A stretch of DNA of 64,000 nt from Candidatus Poseidoniales archaeon (GTDB taxonomy: Archaea > Thermoplasmatota > Poseidoniia > Poseidoniales > Poseidoniaceae). A program made the translations under genes and the position numbers. The stretch is taken from positions 3,891 through 67,890 of the forward strand of contig QQSK01000009.1 of the NCBI GenBank assembly GCA_003602415.1, read 5' to 3'. Shown in pieces: positions 18,493 to 25,779 of the stretch; within the stretch, counting starts at the first letter, position 1, and the number at the start of each line of letters is the position of its first letter. A model generated the notes under the pieces. That model was not told the DNA's origin. It saw only the letters and a program-made list of their open reading frames with translations, and made no database searches.

Positions 18493-18538
18493 GCCCGAGT
18501 CATGATTCCCCCATTACAATCTGCCGCTTTGACATGTA

Positions 18539-19387
18539 TTGATGGGTTGGACTTATGCTTGTAAAGTGATACGACATGCTGTGTTGGGGGGAATTATAGC
18601 AACCGTTGTCCTTCTGGCAGCATTGTTTGGTATGCTAAAGTGGAGAGCGGAGGAGTTTGACAGAACTTCTCTAATTTCTCTCTCAATCGGTATAATGATG
18701 CTATGGATTATTCCATGGGGGATGTTCATCATAATTCCGTTAGCACTTGCGATTTCATTTGTTAGCCCTGCAGGAAGGGAAGAATGGTCCAGATTCAAAA
18801 ATAGACGAATAGCGATAAGTTTGGTATTGCTAATTATTTTGAATTCATTTGCACTTTATCCGGTTTCTACGCCTGAAGCACCTCCTGAGTGGGGCGAACC
18901 AATTGCAACCGAAAACCCCCATGCAGCAGCGTGGCCAGCTAGTGAGCAATTCACTTGGCTACACGATGGTGCAGTGATTGGCATTGTAAATATCAGAACT
19001 CCACATACTTTCAGTTCATGGGGACAAGACTCCTCTAGTATTTCTTTAGGAGTTATGATGGGAGTCCACGATCAAAGAATGCGCCAATCAATCGAATCTA
19101 TGAATTCGTTTATTCCTGGAGTTTCTATCGATCCAGATACATTTACTTTGTACGAGGTCGAGACCGAAGGTGAACACCTCTATGGGGATGAAGAGTTATT
19201 CATCGCAAGGTTTGATGTTAAGAGAGATGGTTTCGATGCAACTCTTGCAAATGTTTTGGTTGTAGGCTTTCCAAATGCTGGTGGAGAGTTAACTATTCTT
19301 TCAATCACAAGGCCAATCACATCTTCACAAAATGATGTATTCGAAGAAAAAATCGTGATACAGTACGCTGATTATAAATTGGCATGA
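18539..19387 (+). CDS. Hypothetical membrane protein (N-terminal TM bundle plus soluble domain)
   Basis: 282-aa ORF with 3-4 hydrophobic N-terminal segments. The start may be ATG 18542. Confidence 0.7.
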   Translation: MMGWTYACKVIRHAVLGGIIATVVLLAALFGMLKWRAEEFDRTSLISLSIGIMMLWIIPWGMFIIIPLALAISFVSPAGREEWSRFKNRRIAISLVLLIILNSFALYPVSTPEAPPEWGEPIATENPHAAAWPASEQFTWLHDGAVIGIVNIRTPHTFSSWGQDSSSISLGVMMGVHDQRMRQSIESMNSFIPGVSIDPDTFTLYEVETEGEHLYGDEELFIARFDVKRDGFDATLANVLVVGFPNAGGELTILSITRPITSSQNDVFEEKIVIQYADYKLA

Positions 19388-19401
19388 GCATAAATATTAA
19401 T

Positions 19402-19418
19402 TTTTAGGGCAACCTAAA
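19402..19418 (+). promoter_or_regulatory. Palindromic operator-like box 1 (TTTAGG-GCAA-CCTAAA), resembling DtxR/SirR/MntR-family boxes
   Basis: Perfect 6-bp inverted repeat with a 4-nt spacer, immediately downstream of the AT-rich TAAATATTAA (19391-19400) and upstream of the transferrin-like gene. Confidence 0.65.
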
Positions 19419-19435
19419 CCTTATGTATGTCCGAC

Positions 19436-19452
19436 TTTTCGGGCACCCTAAA
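19436..19452 (+). promoter_or_regulatory. Operator-like box 2 (TTTTCGGGCACCCTAAA), a direct repeat of box 1
   Basis: 15/17 identical to TTTTAGGGCAACCTAAA at 19402-19418, 34 bp downstream of it and ending 14 nt before the ATG. Confidence 0.6.
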
Positions 19453-19466
19453 TCGGTGACGATACG

Positions 19467-21668
19467 ATGACAAATACGAAGACAATTTTGATGATTTTTC
19501 TAATGTGCACAGCATCTTTAGCAGGCTGTTTAGGTAGTGACGAAAACGAAGAAGAAATTACAAGCAAGTGTTCTGGTGATGAACTGGTGATTGCGTTTGA
19601 GGTAAAAGAAGACATGAATGCTGATGATATTCAGAACCCTCAGCAAATTGCAGATTATCTATGTGAAAAATTAGGCATGGATGTCAGCATCTACAATGTG
19701 GGGAGTTCAGGATTAGCAATGGAAGCACTCAGATTTGGCAATGCGGACATTGCAATGAATATCGATGGTGGTCCAGCATGGGTCGGATGGAATGCATACG
19801 GTTTGGATGTTATGGCTGCTGATACAAAGAGCGATGGCCGTGCATACTATGATGCACATGCATGGGTAAAAGCAGGTTCAGAAATTGCAGAGGCACACCT
19901 AGATGGTGATGACTCGACAGATCCTTTCTCATTACTAGCAGGCAAAACCTCTTGTCACACAGGATGGTTGAAGTCAGCTGGAATGTTGATGCCTATGGGT
20001 TACATGATTGGTAATGGATATGTTACCGTTCAAGGTGATATGTCTGATACTGAAACCCTGAGGACTACAATCAACCATTATTTCGATGGAAGTACTGGTG
20101 CAGGAAATGCTGCATCAATTCCTGAGAGTGGAGCTCTATACTCAGGATACGATGGCGCTCTAGAGTGCTTAAGTTCTGGCTATGGAGATGTGGCATTTGC
20201 TAAGGATTCAACTCCAGCAGGTTACTGCGCTAATGAAGATGCAACAGAGAATCAAGAATGGTGTCTTGACATGTCTGAATATGTAGCACTTCCAAAGTTT
20301 GGTTCATCACCAAGCCATTCGATTATGTTTAATGACGATGTTTTGGATGACGATAAGGAGACTCTAATCAAGGATGCATTAGTTGCAATGAATGATAATG
20401 AAGAAGGTCTATCCATATTGAATAATGTGCTTGGTACTGAAGCAATCATTGCTACAGATACTGAAACTCATTTGGGCACTTATGGTGCAGCATTGATGAA
20501 CATCCCTGGGATTTCCAGTAAGTACGGAAATGCCTTCGCTGACGGTACACAAACAGGTGCGATAAAGTCCACAATTAACATTGCATATTATTTGGCAGAT
20601 GATTCGGAATCTAACGCACAGGCACAAGGAATGGCTGATAGACTTGAGGCAGATTTAGGGGTAACTGTGAATCTTTATGATGTTTCATCTGAGGGTATGA
20701 TTATCCAAGCGCTTCGATTTGGAAATGTGGATATAGGTTTCCTTGAGGGCGGTCCTGCATGGATTGGATGGAAGGAATATGGGCTATCTGTAATGGCCGT
20801 TGAAACTACAACTTCTGATGGTGCTACACATTACAATGCCTCAGCATGGGCTCTGAACGGGTCGGATATTGCTAACGCGCATCTTGACGGCGATGATTCA
20901 ACAGATCCTTTCGCTCTTTTAGATGGAAAGACCTCCTGTCACACAGGATGGTTGAAGTCTGCGGGCATGTTGATGCCTATGGGTTATCTAATCAAGAACG
21001 GTTATGTTACTCCAGTTGGCGATACAAGTGACATCAATTCCTTGAGAAACACCATTGACACCCATTTTGATGGCTCTACAAGCAATGGTAATGCTGCCTC
21101 AATTCCTGATTCTGGAGCACTTTACTCCGGTTACAGTGGAGCGATAGAGTGTCTAAGTTCTGGATACGGAGATGTAGCCTTTGCTAAAGGAGATGATTTC
21201 AGTACTCCACACAAGTATTGTGACAATGATGATGAATCAGAGAATGAAGAATGGTGTCTTGAAATGGATGAATACGTTCAATTGCCATCTTTCGGACAAT
21301 CTCCTAGCCATCCATTAATGTACAACCCAGATATGTTGGATGTATACACTCGAAATGCAATTCTAAATGCAATGCTAAGTTGGGGTGACGAAATGTGGGT
21401 TGAGGATTATCCAATGGGCAATCAAACATATACTGGATGTTACAATGTCGTAACTCATCAAGTTGCAGATATTCCATCCAATCAGTGTGGTAGTGAGATA
21501 ATCTCGGAAGTAACTTCGAAAGGATACAGATTAGTTGCTGGAAACAGCCAGAATCACTTAGGTAGTTATTCTGATCTATTAGGGTCGATCCCAGGTCTGT
21601 CTGAGTACTACCATTCTTCTGACAAATATGGAATCTCTGATGCAGAGTCAGGTCAGCAGCAGGATTAA
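19467..21668 (+). CDS. Bilobal transferrin-family substrate-binding lipoprotein (likely auto-annotated as PhnD/phosphonate-binding)
   Basis: Lipobox LAGC (C21). Each lobe has transferrin motifs: IDGG/LEGG, YxAxAWxK-like, GKTSCHTGWLKSAG, YSGYxGAxECLSSGYGDVAFAK and PSH. Confidence 0.88.
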   Translation: MTNTKTILMIFLMCTASLAGCLGSDENEEEITSKCSGDELVIAFEVKEDMNADDIQNPQQIADYLCEKLGMDVSIYNVGSSGLAMEALRFGNADIAMNIDGGPAWVGWNAYGLDVMAADTKSDGRAYYDAHAWVKAGSEIAEAHLDGDDSTDPFSLLAGKTSCHTGWLKSAGMLMPMGYMIGNGYVTVQGDMSDTETLRTTINHYFDGSTGAGNAASIPESGALYSGYDGALECLSSGYGDVAFAKDSTPAGYCANEDATENQEWCLDMSEYVALPKFGSSPSHSIMFNDDVLDDDKETLIKDALVAMNDNEEGLSILNNVLGTEAIIATDTETHLGTYGAALMNIPGISSKYGNAFADGTQTGAIKSTINIAYYLADDSESNAQAQGMADRLEADLGVTVNLYDVSSEGMIIQALRFGNVDIGFLEGGPAWIGWKEYGLSVMAVETTTSDGATHYNASAWALNGSDIANAHLDGDDSTDPFALLDGKTSCHTGWLKSAGMLMPMGYLIKNGYVTPVGDTSDINSLRNTIDTHFDGSTSNGNAASIPDSGALYSGYSGAIECLSSGYGDVAFAKGDDFSTPHKYCDNDDESENEEWCLEMDEYVQLPSFGQSPSHPLMYNPDMLDVYTRNAILNAMLSWGDEMWVEDYPMGNQTYTGCYNVVTHQVADIPSNQCGSEIISEVTSKGYRLVAGNSQNHLGSYSDLLGSIPGLSEYYHSSDKYGISDAESGQQQD

Positions 21669-21724
21669 AATGCCGGCTCTACATAAGATAATTCTAAGGA
21701 ATCACTGCTGAAGATATTGGTTCA

Positions 21725-21801
21725 ATGTGAGATTGTCCTCCTCACATAACTCAAAATCTAGGGGTGGCTGGCTAAAACGCCAACCACTAGCCAGCTACCC
21801 C
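21725..21801 (+). other. Two intergenic stem-loops between the binding-protein and ATPase genes
   Basis: ATGTGAG-N9-CTCACAT (21725-21747) and GGGGTGGCTGGCTA-N13-TAGCCAGCTACCCC (21761-21801; 14 bp, one G-U pair). Confidence 0.7.
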
Positions 21802-21849
21802 ACTTAGTTTATCACAATTTAATTGTAAGGTTTTGAATACGCGATAATA

Positions 21850-22587
21850 GTGGCTAAGTTTGGGGGAATTAATTTGTCGAGCAGCGAAGAAGTCCTCCAC
21901 AAAACAGAGGATTCGGATAGTACATCTGAATCAGGTGCCCTAGAATTGCGAAATCTATCCGTTGGGTATGCTGATGCATTGATTTCGGAGATCAATGTTA
22001 GTATAGTTCAAGGTGAAACTATAGCAATTCTAGGGTCCTCTGGCATTGGAAAAACCACTTTGCTGAGGACGATTGCAGGCTTGATTCGCCCTCTTGAGGG
22101 AGAAGTGATTCACGATTTCCCTAAGAGGAGTGGAATCGGATATATTCCTCAAAGACTAGGACTGATCAGGCACTCAAGCGTTAGAAGCAACGTAGCTATT
22201 GGTGCTCGGACTAGAAAACCGAAATGGTATCCTGCATTATTCCCGCTTGGAAGTGAATTGAACTCAGATATAGATTCAGCATTAGCAGAATTGAGTATTG
22301 GAGAATATGCCAAAACTCCTGTAAGAATTCTATCAGGTGGACAACAGAGACGAGTTGCAATTGCAAGAGCATTGGTCCAGAAACCAAAACTGATACTTGC
22401 TGATGAATTTTTGGGTGAGTTAGATAAAGAGAATGTAGATTCTATAATTCAGGCAACTAAGAAACTGATTTCTGAAACAGGTTCCACACTCATCATGGTT
22501 GAACATCATGAATCTCGAGCATACCAAATTGCAGACAGAATCTTGCGAATTAAGGATGGTAAGATTGTCGAAGAGGTGAGCCAATGA
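21850..22587 (+). CDS. ABC transporter ATP-binding protein, PhnC-like
   Basis: GSSGIGKT, LSGGQQRRVAIARAL, LADE, VEH. The segment YIPQRLGLIRHSSVRSNVAIG resembles PhnC. Confidence 0.9.
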   Translation: MAKFGGINLSSSEEVLHKTEDSDSTSESGALELRNLSVGYADALISEINVSIVQGETIAILGSSGIGKTTLLRTIAGLIRPLEGEVIHDFPKRSGIGYIPQRLGLIRHSSVRSNVAIGARTRKPKWYPALFPLGSELNSDIDSALAELSIGEYAKTPVRILSGGQQRRVAIARALVQKPKLILADEFLGELDKENVDSIIQATKKLISETGSTLIMVEHHESRAYQIADRILRIKDGKIVEEVSQ

Positions 22588-23525
22588 ATAACAAATTCAT
22601 TATTGCCTCGGTAATCTTGCTTTCCCTGACCTGGGTTTTCTTAGATGATTTAGTTGATGATTGGGGTCAAATCGAAAGTGCGCCTGATAGACTTGAGACA
22701 TTTTTCTACGAAGATTTGTGGCCGCCTGATTGGTCGGTTCTTGAAGCAGAGGAATGGGTTGATGGAACTCTTCACAAACCAAACGGTGAACTTTGTACAG
22801 AGAGTTACGAAATATTCTGTTCGAAGGCTTGGACTGGAATGGAAATTACGATTAAAATGGCTTTTATTTCAACCTTAATTGGTTTCATTATTTCAGTGCC
22901 GCTTGCTTCTCTATCTGCTAATAATCTGGTTCCTCTACCAATCGCTATACCTGCAAGGATAGTTCTCGCAGGGTTGAGAAGTCTGCCTAGTATCATCTGG
23001 GCCCTTCTATTCGCAATCGCCCTAGGTTTTGGTCCATTGCCAGGTATTCTAGCTATGACTCTCTACACTATTGGCTATCTAGGAAAATTGCAGTATGAAG
23101 CAATGGAAGGCATTGCAAATGCTCCTCTTGAATCGGCTATGGCGATGGGCCTTACTCATTCTGAGCGACTAGTCCATGTTGTTATCCCTGAGTCCAGCAA
23201 CGATCTTCTCAGCCAACTAATGTTCATGTTCGAATATAATGTAAGACATGGAACAGTTCTAGGATTAGTAGGTGCAGGCGGAATTGGAATGTATATTGAT
23301 AATTACATCAATCCACCATTTGCTTATGACAAAGCCTTCGCGTTGTTAATTGTTGTATTCGTAGTTGTAGTAATCATCGATCTATTGTCGATGTTCGCAC
23401 GCTCTTTTGTTACTGAACAAGGTGATGTAAAGCGACCAAAATGGTGGACTGTATTGCTACCTGCTGGATTTGCAGCTGACTATTATAACAAATCCAAAGA
23501 CTCGGACTCTGAAGAATCGGAGTAG
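22584..23525 (+). CDS. ABC transporter permease, PhnE/PtxC-like
   Basis: RSLPSIIWALLF..GFGPLPGILA, EAA-loop region (EAMEGI..PLESAMAMG), FEYNVRHGTVLGLVGAGGIG. ATGA overlap with the ATPase gene. Confidence 0.9.
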   Translation: MNNKFIIASVILLSLTWVFLDDLVDDWGQIESAPDRLETFFYEDLWPPDWSVLEAEEWVDGTLHKPNGELCTESYEIFCSKAWTGMEITIKMAFISTLIGFIISVPLASLSANNLVPLPIAIPARIVLAGLRSLPSIIWALLFAIALGFGPLPGILAMTLYTIGYLGKLQYEAMEGIANAPLESAMAMGLTHSERLVHVVIPESSNDLLSQLMFMFEYNVRHGTVLGLVGAGGIGMYIDNYINPPFAYDKAFALLIVVFVVVVIIDLLSMFARSFVTEQGDVKRPKWWTVLLPAGFAADYYNKSKDSDSEESE

Positions 23526-23879
23526 TTATTTTCTCATATTCGATATAATCTTGTAAACAATATCACGAATTGGAAGTGGAATGATCCAAGCAAATGGGTA
23601 CAACAATTTCCAATTCCATTTCATGTACAATAAGCATCTTATTGCTGCTGATGAATGTAGATACTTCTTTTTGTTTCGAATTAGAATTAGTGAATCAGCA
23701 TTGATATTATACTCTGAAATGACCGTTTTACCAAAATCAGAGTCTTGTTCTAAAATCTCTAATTCAGCAGTTTGTCGCTTGGAAATAAATTTACCAGTTC
23801 TGGTGCATAGACCGCATAGGCCGTCTATCAGCAGTACATCTTTTTCCATATCACTCAGCGGCGATGTGAACATTCCCAT
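23526..23879 (-). CDS. DCC1-like thiol-disulfide oxidoreductase (DUF393)
   Basis: N-terminal DGLCGLC (DxxCxxC) and C-terminal PLPIRDIVYKII, typical of the family. Confidence 0.85.
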   Translation of the reverse strand: MGMFTSPLSDMEKDVLLIDGLCGLCTRTGKFISKRQTAELEILEQDSDFGKTVISEYNINADSLILIRNKKKYLHSSAAIRCLLYMKWNWKLLYPFAWIIPLPIRDIVYKIISNMRK

Positions 23880-24063
23880 CTTCGTAATAGATTTGAATAC
23901 GGTTAGGGATTTTCTTAGTAAGTGATGCTACTCCTTCGTAGATTTCACTCTCTTTACATTTGAATGACTTAGCAGCAGATTTGGTTGACCATGCAACCTT
24001 TTCAAAATCGGATTGCCTAATCCATTCAAACAGGCGCAACTCAAATTCAGAAAGGTCTGCCAT
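23851..24063 (-). CDS. Small hypothetical protein, possibly winged-helix
   Basis: MADLSEFELRLFEWIRQSDF... from ATG 24063; sits between gpsA and the DCC1-like gene on the same strand. Confidence 0.6.
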   Translation of the reverse strand: MADLSEFELRLFEWIRQSDFEKVAWSTKSAAKSFKCKESEIYEGVASLTKKIPNRIQIYYEDGNVHIAAE

Positions 24064-24103
24064 AACAACGCCACACGGTCTAAGCAAATCAATACTACTA
24101 CTC

Positions 24104-25102
24104 TCAAGAAAGTGCTACCATTCTTCTACAGCACTCTTCAGCATCGATATATCCGTCTAAAAGAGTGTTTAGTGCTTTGACGAATGGAACTTCAATCGCC
24201 ATGTCGATAGCCCTATCTCTAAACATTCTAGCGGCACGTACTCCTTCGGCAACCATAACCATCTCTTCCAATGCCTGCTCTAAGGATAAGCCACTACCCA
24301 ATTTCTCTCCCATCCTTCTATTTCTACCGTGAGGAGATGTTGCTGTAACATACAGGTCGCCTAGACCCGCTGGCCCAAATGCAACTTCTGCACGAGCGCC
24401 TAATTGAGGTAGAAGGAGACATCCTTCTCTGAATCCAGCATTGAAAATAGCAGCCTTCAGGTTGTCACCACCCAAAGTGCCGGTCAATTTCAGACCATCA
24501 ACTAGGCCACAAGCAAGTGCTACAACATTCTTGAAAGCACCCCATAACTCTGCACCTGCAGGATCTGATGCAGCATGAAGAATGAAAGTAGGAGTCGTCA
24601 ATGTCGAGGCTAAATTCTCTGCAACAGATACATCTTCACTCGCGACTAATGCAGTTGTCATTACTCCTCCCGCTGCTTCTGGAGCGATTGTTGGTCCAGT
24701 CAAAACTGCAAGCGGGTTATGCATATCATTCTGATTTAGCATTTCATGAATAGCCTGACTAATCAGCCTCTTTCCAGGAGCTAAACCTTTTGCCAAATCC
24801 AGTAGAACATGGCCCGGCCTAAGGTGTGGGATAATATCCTCAACGACATTCAAGATTACAGATGATGGAACTGCAAGGACAATAATTTCACTTCCCTCAA
24901 GTGCTTCTTCAACATGCATAGTTGCTTCTAATCCTTCAAGCGAGTGGTCTGGAAGATACTTGTGATTCATTCCTTCCATCGTTATTGATTCGTAAACTTC
25001 CTGCTCAATTGTCCATCCTTTCACTTTGTGACCTTCAAGAAGCCATAAACGGGCAATAGCGCTTCCCCAATTCCCCAATCCAAGAACTGCAATATGAGCC
25101 AT
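24104..25102 (-). CDS. gpsA: NAD(P)H-dependent glycerol-3-phosphate dehydrogenase
   Basis: GLGNWGSA, LAKG, LTGPTIAPE, GAFKNVVALACG, GLGDLYVTATSPHGRNRRMG and EG. Confidence 0.93.
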   Translation of the reverse strand: MAHIAVLGLGNWGSAIARLWLLEGHKVKGWTIEQEVYESITMEGMNHKYLPDHSLEGLEATMHVEEALEGSEIIVLAVPSSVILNVVEDIIPHLRPGHVLLDLAKGLAPGKRLISQAIHEMLNQNDMHNPLAVLTGPTIAPEAAGGVMTTALVASEDVSVAENLASTLTTPTFILHAASDPAGAELWGAFKNVVALACGLVDGLKLTGTLGGDNLKAAIFNAGFREGCLLLPQLGARAEVAFGPAGLGDLYVTATSPHGRNRRMGEKLGSGLSLEQALEEMVMVAEGVRAARMFRDRAIDMAIEVPFVKALNTLLDGYIDAEECCRRMVALS

Positions 25103-25197
25103 AAACTCCTGTGGCCAATCAATCCCCTTTAGGGGATTTCCCTATAGATGTATGTTACAAGGCCATTATTCGACTCTTATGAAATCTCCAAAACCAA

Positions 25198-25761
25198 TTA
25201 ATTTTGAATCCATTGAGGATATTTTGTCATACAAATTTTGAATTCTTCACTAGACAAATTTTCTTCTAGCCAAGAATGTACATTTTCCCAATCTTGTGAA
25301 TCGAACCAATCTCTGTCATGATTTGCAAATTGTCTAATGAATGGGAAGATGGCATCGCTGAGACTTCCTTTAGGTATCTCGCCATCTAAATCATGAATGA
25401 ATTTGCTAGCCTCTTCTCTATGCTCTAGATGATCTACGTCATCGTAACGATTGGGATATTTGTATCTGTCAAGATGGAATTTGAATTCTTCATCATTTCT
25501 CTCAACCCATTTACGCTCATCATCAGTTAAATCCCATGATAGCACATATTCCATGATCTCCAAACTTTCTTCAATTACAGTTCCATCTTTTAATTGCAGT
25601 ACTGGTACAGTGCCTTTAGGTGAGATTTCCATCATATGTTGAGGTCTATCTCTAAGGATTACCTCTCGATGTTCAACCTTGAATTCTGTTCTAACAATCG
25701 CCATTCTTGCCCTCATAGCATATGGGCATCTTCTGAAAGAATACAGAATGGGAAGTTCCAT
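25198..25761 (-). CDS. Glutathione S-transferase family protein
   Basis: LYSFRRCPYAMRARMA, SPKGTVPVL, ESLEIM and IFPFIRQFA. Confidence 0.9.
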   Translation of the reverse strand: MELPILYSFRRCPYAMRARMAIVRTEFKVEHREVILRDRPQHMMEISPKGTVPVLQLKDGTVIEESLEIMEYVLSWDLTDDERKWVERNDEEFKFHLDRYKYPNRYDDVDHLEHREEASKFIHDLDGEIPKGSLSDAIFPFIRQFANHDRDWFDSQDWENVHSWLEENLSSEEFKICMTKYPQWIQN

Positions 25762-25779
25762 GCAATCAATCTCGTTTAA

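Noticed and set aside
19467-21668. Annotation as PhnD phosphonate/phosphite-binding protein
   Set aside because: The STSG anion motif is absent, transferrin Fe ligands and the Cys pair are present in both lobes, DtxR-like boxes lie upstream, and no phosphonate catabolism genes are in the window.
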